A stretch of 64,000 nt of DNA from an uncultured Rhodospirillaceae bacterium (lineage in GTDB: Bacteria > Pseudomonadota > Alphaproteobacteria > MPNO01 > UBA830): the NCBI GenBank assembly GCA_963974055.1, contig CAXBCP010000024.1, forward strand, positions 4,124 to 68,123, given 5' to 3'. The first letter of the stretch is position 1; the number at the start of each line of letters is the position of its first letter. The notes under the pieces were generated by a model. The model was not told the origin of the DNA. It searched no databases and saw only the letters and a program-made list of their open reading frames with translations. Of the stretch, positions 47,827 to 56,506 are shown in pieces. A program made the translations under genes and the position numbers.

Positions 47827-49577
47827 CACCGCTTGGCGTCTGCAATCGCCGCCGCGTCGTCATAGGTTGTATGAACGTTGATGACCGCCTGGCGCTTGTC
47901 GACGTCAACCGCCTTCAGGCCGCGTTCGATCGCTGCCTGCAGCTCGGCGGGGTCTTCGACTTCCTCGCCGTAGCCGCCGGAGGCCTCGACGATCTTGTGA
48001 TATTCCGGCGCCGGGTCGAGATAGGTCAGCGGCGCCTGGTTGGCGCTGGACGCCGCGCCGTCCGGGTAGAGCCCCAGGGTCGCCTTGCGCACCGAGCCCC
48101 ACATCTTGTTGTTCATGATCACGGTCAGCACCGGCAGATTATAGGCCGCCGACACAAAATGCGCCGGGGTCGGGTTGCCGAACATGTAGGAACCGTCGCC
48201 GACGACGCAGAACACGCGCTTGTCCTGCTGGCCGAGCTTGACCCCGTGGGCCGCGCCGAGCCCCCAGCCAAGCCCGCCCGACGGCGATGTGCCGAAGAAA
48301 CTGCCGGGTTCGCGGATCGCCATATTGCCGAGCGCGAGCTGGGATTCGGACACGAGAATGTCCTCATCCTGTTTCACCTGGTTCAGGCAATGCGCCACCC
48401 AGGAATTGTCCATGGCGGCGGCGCCGGACGCGATCTTTTCGATCCGCGTCTGATTGGCGGCGGCCTGGTCGCCCTTGATGCCGGCGATCTTGGCGCGACG
48501 CGCATCGATGCGCCCCTTCGCCGATTTCTCACGGCTCGCCATCGCTTCTTCGAGAAGCGGCAGGGACGTGCCGGAGCTGCCGCGGATGCCCAGGTCGCAC
48601 TGGAAGCCGCGCACCGGATAGTTTTCGTAAAGCGGGTCGGCGCCGAGGTGAATGACCTTCGCGTCGGGATTGAGCTTGTGCAGCGACGGAATCCACGGCA
48701 CGTCGCAATCGAGGACAAGGATCGCATCCGCGTCGGGCAGATAGGCGCCGGGCTCGTAGCCCAGATGCATCGGGTGGTCGGACGATATGTTCACATAGCG
48801 CGGACGATAGGTGATGACCGGTATCGCAAACCGCTCGGCCAGGGATTCGAGCGCCGGAACGGCCGCCCGGTTCTGTCCCATGCTGGCGGTGATGATCAGC
48901 GGATTTTCAGCCGCCGCGAGAATTTCCGCCGCCTCGTCGAGGGCATTGGCGTCGGCGGATGCCGCCCGCGCGGCCACCCGGCGGGTCGGCGACTGGAAGG
49001 TGAATTCGCCGGGATTTTCGGCAAGCACTTCGCGCGGCAGCGACAGGTAAACCGGGCCGCGCGGCTCGGTCATGGCCACGGTTACCGCGCGGTCGACGAT
49101 GGTCTCGATCTGCTTGGCGTTGCGCAGTTCGTAGTCCCACTTGACCATTTCGCGCATCACACCGCCCTGGTCGAACATTTCCTGTCCCCAGTGGATATAC
49201 AGCGACCGCGATCCGTCGAAGCCTTCTTCAGTAAGCGGCGTACGGCCCGACGTCATGAGGATCGGCACATTCTCGCGCGACGCGTTCATGACGCCGCAGA
49301 TTGCATTCGCCGTGCCGACATTGACATGCACCATGACCGAGGCGAGCCGGCCGGTCGCGACGTAGTAGCCATGCGCCATCGCCACCGCGAGGTTTTCGTG
49401 CGGCACGGTCATCGGTGTCGGCGAGCTGCTTTGTCCGGCCACGGATTTCGACAGCGCTTCGATGATCGAGGGAAAATCGGTGCCGGCATTACCGAACAGG
49501 TAATCGACGTCACGGTCTTTCAACAGGGTCAAATAAGCTTCGGCGGCGCTATCGGCCTTGATTGTCTTGGCTGGCAT
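47826..49577 (-). CDS. Thiamine pyrophosphate-dependent enzyme (decarboxylase/acetolactate synthase superfamily)
   Basis: FGNAGTDF, PHENLAVAMAHGY, GPVYLSLP, TPP motif GDGSYMFG...NN. Confidence 0.92.
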   Translation of the reverse strand: MPAKTIKADSAAEAYLTLLKDRDVDYLFGNAGTDFPSIIEALSKSVAGQSSSPTPMTVPHENLAVAMAHGYYVATGRLASVMVHVNVGTANAICGVMNASRENVPILMTSGRTPLTEEGFDGSRSLYIHWGQEMFDQGGVMREMVKWDYELRNAKQIETIVDRAVTVAMTEPRGPVYLSLPREVLAENPGEFTFQSPTRRVAARAASADANALDEAAEILAAAENPLIITASMGQNRAAVPALESLAERFAIPVITYRPRYVNISSDHPMHLGYEPGAYLPDADAILVLDCDVPWIPSLHKLNPDAKVIHLGADPLYENYPVRGFQCDLGIRGSSGTSLPLLEEAMASREKSAKGRIDARRAKIAGIKGDQAAANQTRIEKIASGAAAMDNSWVAHCLNQVKQDEDILVSESQLALGNMAIREPGSFFGTSPSGGLGWGLGAAHGVKLGQQDKRVFCVVGDGSYMFGNPTPAHFVSAAYNLPVLTVIMNNKMWGSVRKATLGLYPDGAASSANQAPLTYLDPAPEYHKIVEASGGYGEEVEDPAELQAAIERGLKAVDVDKRQAVINVHTTYDDAAAIADAKR

Positions 49578-49742
49578 GGTTGTCCCTCATCCCTTTAATT
49601 TATCTTATGGGTTTATCGATGAATGTTGAGTTTCGATAGCACGGACCGGCAGGTTTATCTAGCGGTCGCCGGGAAAACCCGACGGCCCCGTTCCGGCCGA
49701 TGCCGTTTCGGTCCGGAATCGTGCTAAAGCTTCGGGATCATC

Positions 49743-50888
49743 ATGGCCATACGATTTTCCTTCTATTATGCGGCGATATTTCTGGCGGTCGGCATTCACC
49801 TGCCGTTCTGGCCGGCATGGCTTAAATATCGCGGGCTCGATGCGGCGGAGATCAGCCTGATCCTGTCGGTCGGGGTTTGGATCCGTGCGTTCGCCAATCC
49901 GCTGATCGCCCATTTCGCCGACCGGTCCGGCGCCCACAGGAAAATCATTATGATCTCGGCCGGCGGCGGCATAATCACCTACGCGCTTTTCGGCATCGCC
50001 GACGGGTTCTGGGCCCTGTTCGCCGTCAACGTGCTGGCGAGCGCGATGTTCATGGCCCTGATCCCGCTGGGCGAAAACCTCGCGTCGCGCGCCTCTGTCG
50101 AACACGGATTCGATTACGGCCGGGTGCGTCTCTGGGGATCGATCACCTTTATCCTTGCGGCCTATGCGGGCGGATGGGTTGTGGAACGGTCGGGCGATGC
50201 CGCAATCCTGTGGATGATCGTCGCCGCCATGGTGGCTGCGTTCATCGCCGGGTTCGGCCTGCCGGAGCGCCCGGCCCGCGACCGGCCGCATGTCCGTTTT
50301 CCGGCCTTCGTGCTGCTGCGCCAGAAGCCCTTTCTGGTATTCATCGCCGCCGTCAGCCTGCTGCAGTCCAGCCACGCGGTGCTCTACGTATTCGGTACCA
50401 TTCACTGGCGCAACGCGGGCCTGCCGGACGACGTGATCGGCGCGTTGTGGGCCGAAGGGGTCATTGCCGAAATTATCCTGTTCGCGTTTTCCGGTGCGGT
50501 CGTCGCGCGGATCAGCCCGATACGGCTGATGTGGATCGCCGCCGCGGCCGGCATCGTGCGCTGGGCCATTCTCGCCAATACGACCGACATGGGCATGCTG
50601 TTCGCCACCCAGTGGCTGCACGGCCTGACCTTCGGCGCGGCGCACCTGGCCGCCATGCATCACCTGCTGCGCACGGTTCCCGAACACATGTCGGCATCGG
50701 CGCAGAGCCTGTATTCGGGTCTCGCCATCGGGCTGGTCATGGGGCTGGCAATGCTCGTCACCGGCGGGCTATACGAGCGGTTCGGCGGCGGCGCCTTTTA
50801 CGCGATGATCACGATGTCGGCGGCCGGCGGCATCACGGCAATTTACCTGATGCGGATGAACGGCCGCCTGGCGGACAAAACGCCCTAG
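49743..50888 (+). CDS. MFS transporter (HcaT-like)
   Basis: GIHLPFWPAWL, DYGRVRLWGS, LQSSHA, GVIAEI, QWLHGLTFG. Confidence 0.88.
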   Translation: MAIRFSFYYAAIFLAVGIHLPFWPAWLKYRGLDAAEISLILSVGVWIRAFANPLIAHFADRSGAHRKIIMISAGGGIITYALFGIADGFWALFAVNVLASAMFMALIPLGENLASRASVEHGFDYGRVRLWGSITFILAAYAGGWVVERSGDAAILWMIVAAMVAAFIAGFGLPERPARDRPHVRFPAFVLLRQKPFLVFIAAVSLLQSSHAVLYVFGTIHWRNAGLPDDVIGALWAEGVIAEIILFAFSGAVVARISPIRLMWIAAAAGIVRWAILANTTDMGMLFATQWLHGLTFGAAHLAAMHHLLRTVPEHMSASAQSLYSGLAIGLVMGLAMLVTGGLYERFGGGAFYAMITMSAAGGITAIYLMRMNGRLADKTP

Positions 50889-51073
50889 TGGCGCTGTTCT
50901 TCGTGGTCGAGGGACGTGCGGATCAGGAGGAAAACGAACGCGACGCCAAACACGAACATCGCGAGACCGCCGTAATAGCCGAGCCCTTCGCCGGCCCGGG
51001 CGGCAACAAACAGCCCGGCGATTCCCATCACGATTGAGAAGAATCCCAGAATCCAGTTTGAAAAATTTTCCAT
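50885..51073 (-). CDS. Small two-TM membrane protein
   Basis: 62 aa, two hydrophobic segments and a charged tail. Confidence 0.65.
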   Translation of the reverse strand: MENFSNWILGFFSIVMGIAGLFVAARAGEGLGYYGGLAMFVFGVAFVFLLIRTSLDHEEQRH

Positions 51074-51165
51074 ATTCTAATCCGCCGTCAATCTATTCGG
51101 TAACAGGATAAATAACGATTAAGACGCGCAATCGCAACGTTGTCATGGACAGAATCCCGGCTGCG

Positions 51166-52629
51166 CTATTCTGCCGCGTTGGCGGGCGATCCCGGGGCGG
51201 CGGACCGCCCGAACCGGGGGCGTTCGCGCTTTTCCTCGATCGGCAGGCTGAGGACGAATACCGTGCCGTCTTCGTCGCTCCGCCCGAGTTCCGCATCGCC
51301 GCCATGGCCGCGCATCAGGTCCCGCGCGATCGCGAGCCCCAGCCCCGTGCCGCCGACCCGCGCCGAGCCCTGGAACGGCTCGAACAGATGCTCTTTTACC
51401 CTGTTCGGCAGGCCCGGGCCGTTATCGGCGATCTCGATAAGGTTCGCATTCAGATCGGAATCGGCCGATGCCGCAACCGACACCTTGGTCGCGCCGGCCT
51501 GGAACGCGTTCAGCACCAGGTTCGAAATCACGCGGTAAAGCTGGTCGCGGTCGGCAAATATAGCAAAGTCGCGCGGCACCGAATTTTCGATCATGCCGGT
51601 CTGGCTTTCGCGAACAGATATTTCCGTGGCGATATCGCTGACCAGCGCGGCGAGATCGAAATGCGTCAGTTCGGGCGCCGGCGTGCCTTCATTGGCGAAG
51701 GTAAGCGTCCGGCTGCACAGCGCAGCGGCGCGATCGAGCGCGCCGAGCAGCGTCGGCGCAATCCGCCGCACGTTCGGGTCGTCGCTGTCGGAGACGTGGT
51801 CGGACACCAGCTGGGCCGTGGCGAGGATGTTCCGCAGATCGTGGTTGATCTTGGTGACCGCCGTGCCGAGGGCGGCAAGCCGCGCCCGCTGTTTCAGCGC
51901 ATCGCGCAGCCGGCTCTGCATCTGGGCGAGTTCGCGCTGGGCGCTGCCGATCTCGTCGCGGCGGCGGCCGGGCTGGATCAGCCGGCGCGCGTCGTCCGGA
52001 TTGCGGCGAAAATTGATCATGCTGTCCGTGATGCCGAGCATCGGGCGGACGAACATCCATTGCAGGCTGAGATATACAAGCGTCGCCGTCACCAGCGAAA
52101 TCACGATCGACAGCCACAGGATGCGCGCCGAATAATCGAGCATCATCTCGCGCAGGACCCATTCGTTGATGACCGTCTCGACCAGCACTTCGGGATTGGT
52201 GGGCGACGGCGCAACGACGCGGACCATCCGGCGCTCGGTCCGCCACATGACCGACAGCGCTTCGCCGATCAGTCCGAAGAATTCGTTGTCGCGCATGTCG
52301 AACGTCTCGTGAACCTTCGGCGGCATGTTGCGGCTGAGCATCAGAGCCTTGGATTTCGGCCGGCGCAGCACGATGCCGTACGACTTGGCGCTTTTCAGAA
52401 GCTCTTCGAGAAGCGCGCTGCTAACCCGGTTGTCGCTGGGGGCTTCGAGCGCCAGACTCGCCAGATGGGCGGCGGCGATGCGTTCCTGCATATAGGCGAC
52501 GCGGTAGCGGCCGATGGACGGCGCATAGATGAACACCTCGCTCAGCATCACGAAAAAGACCGTGAGCAACAGCAGCCGTGCGGACATTCCGGTCAGCAGC
52601 AACGGCAAACGTCTTGGCTTTTCATCCAT
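51166..52629 (-). CDS. HAMP-domain sensor histidine kinase (no response regulator in the window)
   Basis: Two TM segments, HAMP (RRDEIG), H-box INHDLRNIL, NLVLNA, DNGPG, LFEPF, GTGLGLAI. Confidence 0.92.
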   Translation of the reverse strand: MDEKPRRLPLLLTGMSARLLLLTVFFVMLSEVFIYAPSIGRYRVAYMQERIAAAHLASLALEAPSDNRVSSALLEELLKSAKSYGIVLRRPKSKALMLSRNMPPKVHETFDMRDNEFFGLIGEALSVMWRTERRMVRVVAPSPTNPEVLVETVINEWVLREMMLDYSARILWLSIVISLVTATLVYLSLQWMFVRPMLGITDSMINFRRNPDDARRLIQPGRRRDEIGSAQRELAQMQSRLRDALKQRARLAALGTAVTKINHDLRNILATAQLVSDHVSDSDDPNVRRIAPTLLGALDRAAALCSRTLTFANEGTPAPELTHFDLAALVSDIATEISVRESQTGMIENSVPRDFAIFADRDQLYRVISNLVLNAFQAGATKVSVAASADSDLNANLIEIADNGPGLPNRVKEHLFEPFQGSARVGGTGLGLAIARDLMRGHGGDAELGRSDEDGTVFVLSLPIEEKRERPRFGRSAAPGSPANAAE

Positions 52630-52685
52630 ATGCGGACTATAGCGAAGCGGCCGGGCGGTCTCTATGCCCCTGATACTTTTGATAC

Positions 52686-52719
52686 AAAAGAAAACGCCCT
52701 CCCCGGTGGGGAGGACGTT
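52686..52719 (-). terminator. Rho-independent terminator of the Cys-rich peptide gene
   Basis: Minus strand AACGTCCTCCCC-ACC-GGGGAGGGCGTT followed by TTCTTTT. Confidence 0.75.
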
Positions 52720-52752
52720 CGATCATACGCTCCACAGAACGAATGGACGTCT

Positions 52753-53013
52753 TTAGTTTTTCTTCGCAGCACAGGGGCTGCACGGGTTTTTCGCCGCGCA
52801 CGGGCTGCACGGGTTCTTTGCCGCACAGGGATTCTTCGCCGCGCACGGGCTGCACGGATTCTTCGCCGCACAGGGATTCTTCGCCGCGCACGGGCCGCAC
52901 GCCGCGATCTGGACGGGGGTGCCGGCGGAAATGCCGGCCGCGGCGGCGGGCAGCGCGGCGGTGCCGGCGGCGAGTGCAACAACGCTGAGGGTGGTAATCG
53001 TTTTCTTGATCAT
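52753..53013 (-). CDS. Secreted Cys-rich repeat peptide (NPCAAK/NPCSPC repeats)
   Basis: MIKKTITTLSVVALAAGTAALPAAAA signal peptide, then ...CGPCAAKNPCAAKNPCSPCAAKNPCAAKNPCSPCAAKNPCSPCAAKKN. GGGAGA RBS, own terminator, and DNA repeats that differ mostly at third codon positions. Confidence 0.85.
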   Translation of the reverse strand: MIKKTITTLSVVALAAGTAALPAAAAGISAGTPVQIAACGPCAAKNPCAAKNPCSPCAAKNPCAAKNPCSPCAAKNPCSPCAAKKN

Positions 53014-53177
53014 ATCTGTTCTCCCATTGACGATACGGAAACCTGGGACCGCGGAGGAATTCCGCTGTCCCAATGATTAGATGGGGATTCCACACATCAC
53101 ACAACGCACACTATGCTCACCGTCTCTCAACTAGTTGTGAGCGCAGGGTTTTCGCGGGCGGCGCAGGGTCCCGGCCG

Positions 53178-54602
53178 TCAACCGAGGCGCAGCAGAAACC
53201 TGACGATTTTTTTCGTCTTCTCGCTGAACAGCTTCGGCGTGTAATAGCTGCCGGCGGCGCGCTTGTTGACCTCGCCCAGGGTCGGATAGGGAATGATGAG
53301 CCCCGCGACGGCGCCGATCTTCATTTTCTTCTGGATCGGCAGAATCCAGCTTTGCAGCAATTCGCCCGCATGCGGCCCGACGATCGACGCCCCGACGATA
53401 ACGCCCTTGGCGGTCGTGACGATCTTGGCGAGCCCGTCGGTATCGCGCTCCGCCTGCGCCCGGTCGTTCTCGGCGAAGGGATGGCGAAGGATGCGGATAT
53501 CGCCGTATTTTTCCCGCGCCTGGGTCTCGGTCATGCCCACATGGGCAAGCTCGGGATCGGTATAGGTGACCCATGGCAGGGCCGAATAGTCGACCCTGGC
53601 CGGCAGGCGGAACAGGATGTTCCGCAGGACGATCCCGGCGTGATAGCCGGCGACATGCGTGAACTGAAAGCCGCCCGCCGCATCGCCGATGGCGTACACT
53701 TTCCTGTTGGATGTCCGCAGACGCGCATCCACCGTGACCCCGCGCTTGTCGTATTCTATTCCCGCCGCTTCGAGGTCGAGCCCGTCGAGATTGGGCACCC
53801 GCCCCGCCGATACAAGCAGGTCGGACCCTTCGATGCGTTCTTCCCTGCCGTCGTCCTTGATGATGACGGCAATTCCGCTGTCGGTTCGTTCGGCCCGGAC
53901 GACCTTGATGCCTTCACGCATCGCGATCCCTTCGGACAGCATCCGGTTTTTCACGATCTCCGTCAGTTCCGGGTCGTCCTTGCCGAGCACGCTGAACATC
54001 TCGAGGATCGTCACCCTGCAGCCGAGCCGCCGGTGCGCCTGGGCGAGCTCGCTGCCGATCGGCCCGCCGCCGAGAACGATCAGATGATCGGGCGCGGATT
54101 TTTTATCGAACACCGTTTCGTTGGTCAGGTAGGGCACGTCTTCCAGCCCGGGGACCGGCGGCACGCCGGCGCGGGAGCCGGTGGAGATAACGACGCGCTT
54201 GACGGTGATGACGGTGTCGCCGGCCTGCACCCGGTTGGGGCCGACGAACTTGCCGTGCTCCTGGATAACCCGCACGCCGAGCCCTTCGAAGCGCTCGACG
54301 GAATCGTGCGGCGCGATGGCGCCGATGACGCCGTGAACGTGATCGTGGACTTTTTCGAAATCGATCGCCGGTTCCGCAGCGGCGATCCCGAACCGGCCGG
54401 CCCTGCGCACGGCGTGGGCCGCATGGGCCGCCGCGATCATCGCCTTCGACGGAACGCAGCCGTAGTTCAGGCAATCGCCGCCCATCTTCGCCTTTTCGAG
54501 CAGCACCACCTCGGCGCCCATCTGCGACGCGCCGGCGGCGACGGACAAACCCCCGGAGCCGCCGCCGATGACAACGATATCAGCGGTAATTTCATTCGAC
54601 AT
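53178..54602 (-). CDS. Class I pyridine nucleotide-disulfide oxidoreductase (mercuric reductase/LpdA-like)
   Basis: VIGGGSGG, GGDCLNYGCVPSK, LGGGPIG, FTHVAGY, IIPYPTLGE. No C-terminal Cys-Cys and no His-Glu pair. Confidence 0.92.
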   Translation of the reverse strand: MSNEITADIVVIGGGSGGLSVAAGASQMGAEVVLLEKAKMGGDCLNYGCVPSKAMIAAAHAAHAVRRAGRFGIAAAEPAIDFEKVHDHVHGVIGAIAPHDSVERFEGLGVRVIQEHGKFVGPNRVQAGDTVITVKRVVISTGSRAGVPPVPGLEDVPYLTNETVFDKKSAPDHLIVLGGGPIGSELAQAHRRLGCRVTILEMFSVLGKDDPELTEIVKNRMLSEGIAMREGIKVVRAERTDSGIAVIIKDDGREERIEGSDLLVSAGRVPNLDGLDLEAAGIEYDKRGVTVDARLRTSNRKVYAIGDAAGGFQFTHVAGYHAGIVLRNILFRLPARVDYSALPWVTYTDPELAHVGMTETQAREKYGDIRILRHPFAENDRAQAERDTDGLAKIVTTAKGVIVGASIVGPHAGELLQSWILPIQKKMKIGAVAGLIIPYPTLGEVNKRAAGSYYTPKLFSEKTKKIVRFLLRLG

Positions 54603-54619
54603 TTTCGACACCTTAGTAT

Positions 54620-55396
54620 TCAGGCGGACGGAACGGCTTTCCGCGCTTTGATCTTTTTATAGACGATCGGTATGCAGGCAAGAACCGCGAGGCCGATGAT
54701 CGGGGCCAGGAAACGCGGCGCGAAGATGATCCCGATATTCAGATCGCCCCCGGCGTCGAGCACCGCACCGGCGCCGTCTCCCACGAGCGAATAAACGAAC
54801 GCGCCGGGGACGATGCCGAGAAACGTGCCGATCAGATAGGTGCGCAGGCTGACGCCCAGGAAGGCCGGGACCAGATTGACCAGCCAGAACGGAAACAGCG
54901 GCACCAGACGCAGGATCAGCAGGTAGCTCAGCGCGTTTTCGCGAAAACCCGCTTCCATGCGTTTGATCGCCGGGCCGGCCTTGGCGCGCAGGACGTCGCC
55001 GAGCGCGCATTTCGCCGCGAGGAATACGCCGACGGCGCCGGTCGTCGCACCGATAACGACATACACCGTGCCGAGATAGGGTCCGAACATGAACCCGCCG
55101 GCGATGGTGATAAACACCGCCCCGGGGATGGAGAACGCGACCGCGAGGGCATAAACCGCAATGAATACGATGGCGGACATCGCACCGTAATTCTCGACCC
55201 AGGACTGGAGCACTTCCCGGTGGGTCTTGAGCGCGCCGAGGGAAACATACTGATTGAGATCGAAGTAAAAAAACGCCGCCAGACCCGCGACCAGCACGGT
55301 CAGGGGCAGGACCCGCCCGAGCGAAAAGGCGGATTTTCTGCCGCCCTGCCCGGTCCCCGGTTGGTTTGCGGAGTCTGCCTGTGTCGCTTTGTCCAT
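54620..55396 (-). CDS. TVP38/TMEM64 (DedA/SNARE-associated) membrane protein
   Basis: SIPGAVFITIAGGFMFG, GATTGA, YLLILRLVPLFPFWLVNL, TFLGIVPG. Alternative start at 55411. Confidence 0.92.
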   Translation of the reverse strand: MDKATQADSANQPGTGQGGRKSAFSLGRVLPLTVLVAGLAAFFYFDLNQYVSLGALKTHREVLQSWVENYGAMSAIVFIAVYALAVAFSIPGAVFITIAGGFMFGPYLGTVYVVIGATTGAVGVFLAAKCALGDVLRAKAGPAIKRMEAGFRENALSYLLILRLVPLFPFWLVNLVPAFLGVSLRTYLIGTFLGIVPGAFVYSLVGDGAGAVLDAGGDLNIGIIFAPRFLAPIIGLAVLACIPIVYKKIKARKAVPSA

Positions 55397-55587
55397 CGCA
55401 GCGCCTTTCATGGCTGTTGTCTTATGCCGTTTGGCGGATGTGGCGGGTTTCCCGGACAGAATACCATACAAAACTTCCGCGTTTTTCCGTCCGGCCGCGC
55501 CCAGAGGCCCGTTCCGGTCCCGGGATATCTGGATTTCCGCCGTTCCCAAGGCCAATCAACACCCTCTCAACAAAGCGTGAAGTCCCC

Positions 55588-55625
55588 GATTCAGGCCGGA
55601 TTCAGGTCGGATTCGGGCGGGATTC
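55588..55625. repeat. 11-bp tandem repeat carrying four GATTC (GANTC) sites
   Basis: GATTCAGGCCG GATTCAGGTCG GATTCGGGCGG GATTC. Confidence 0.85.
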
Positions 55626-55666
55626 GCCCTTAATCGGCGCAATATCGCGGAGGTGTCGCTGTTTCG

Positions 55667-55695
55667 TTGACTTGGCCGCGCCGAAACCTTATACA
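55667..55695 (+). promoter_or_regulatory. Sigma70-type promoter of the rpmH operon
   Basis: TTGACT-N17-TATACA, 40 bp upstream of rpmH. Confidence 0.7.
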
Positions 55696-55735
55696 CCGGG
55701 CCTGTTTTTCGACCAGATCGTAGCCGGAGTCAGCC

Positions 55736-55870
55736 TTGAAACGTACATTCCAACCTAGCGTCCTCGTACGCAAACATCGGCACGGTTTCCGCGCGCGCAA
55801 ACAAACCGTAGGCGGTCGCCGGGTGTTGTCCCGTCGTCGTGCAAAGGGTCGCAAGCGTCTTTCCGCATAA
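55736..55870 (+). CDS. rpmH: 50S ribosomal protein L34
   Basis: TTG start after [48 protein letters not shown]. Too short for the ORF track. Confidence 0.97.
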   Translation: MKRTFQPSVLVRKHRHGFRARKQTVGGRRVLSRRRAKGRKRLSA

Positions 55871-55874
55871 CCGG

Positions 55875-56261
55875 ATGGGCGCCGTTCTTCAGCGCCTGAA
55901 AACCCGCCGCCAGTTTTTAAGAGTGGCAGCGGGCAAACGGAAATGGGCCGCGCCGGGCATTGTGCTTCAGGTTGCGCCCCAGCCGTCCGACGACCGGGCG
56001 GCGCCGGATGGACCTCGCTACGGCCTTACGGTAAGCAAGCGCGTCGGTAACGCCGTGGTTCGCAATAGAGCACGCCGCCGTCTTCGGGCAGCGGCGGAAG
56101 AAGTGTTGCCGCGCTGTGCCGTTGCGACACACGACTATGTGCTGATCGGCCGCCAGGGAACCCCTGCGCGCGACTTCAGCGCCCTGAAAAACGATCTGGA
56201 AACAGGTCTGCGCAAACTCGGAGCTTTCCGACAGACCGCTGAGGAAAACCAAACGGCATGA
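55875..56261 (+). CDS. rnpA: Ribonuclease P protein component
   Basis: [39 protein letters not shown]. Confidence 0.95.
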   Translation: MGAVLQRLKTRRQFLRVAAGKRKWAAPGIVLQVAPQPSDDRAAPDGPRYGLTVSKRVGNAVVRNRARRRLRAAAEEVLPRCAVATHDYVLIGRQGTPARDFSALKNDLETGLRKLGAFRQTAEENQTA

Positions 56262-56503
56262 TCGTTCTGACCAGAATTCTGAGCCTGCTGTTGATCGGTC
56301 TGGCCCGTGGCTATCAGTTGCTGATATCGCCGGTTCTGCCGCAGACATGCCGCTTTCACCCGACCTGTTCAGGTTACGCAATAGATGCAATCCGGTTGCA
56401 CGGCCCCGGCCGCGGCGGCCTGCTCGCGCTCCGGCGTATCGCCCGCTGCCACCCGTGGGGCGGCCAGGGATACGACCCGGTACCAGATGGAGACGGACGC
56501 TAA
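56258..56503 (+). CDS. yidD: Membrane protein insertion efficiency factor
   Basis: [35 protein letters not shown]. Confidence 0.95.
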   Translation: MIVLTRILSLLLIGLARGYQLLISPVLPQTCRFHPTCSGYAIDAIRLHGPGRGGLLALRRIARCHPWGGQGYDPVPDGDGR

Positions 56504-56506
56504 ATC

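Noticed and set aside
52753-52905. Possible CRISPR array or non-coding VNTR
   Set aside because: The 18- and 9-nt units are in-frame coding repeats with synonymous variation. No unique spacers and no cas genes.
53178-54602. Calling the gene merA or lpdA
   Set aside because: No C-terminal Cys pair or mer genes, and no His-Glu pair or 2-oxoacid dehydrogenase context.
55400-55735. Replication origin next to rpmH
   Set aside because: No dnaA, no cluster of DnaA boxes and no AT-rich unwinding element. The single TTATACACC coincides with the -10 box.
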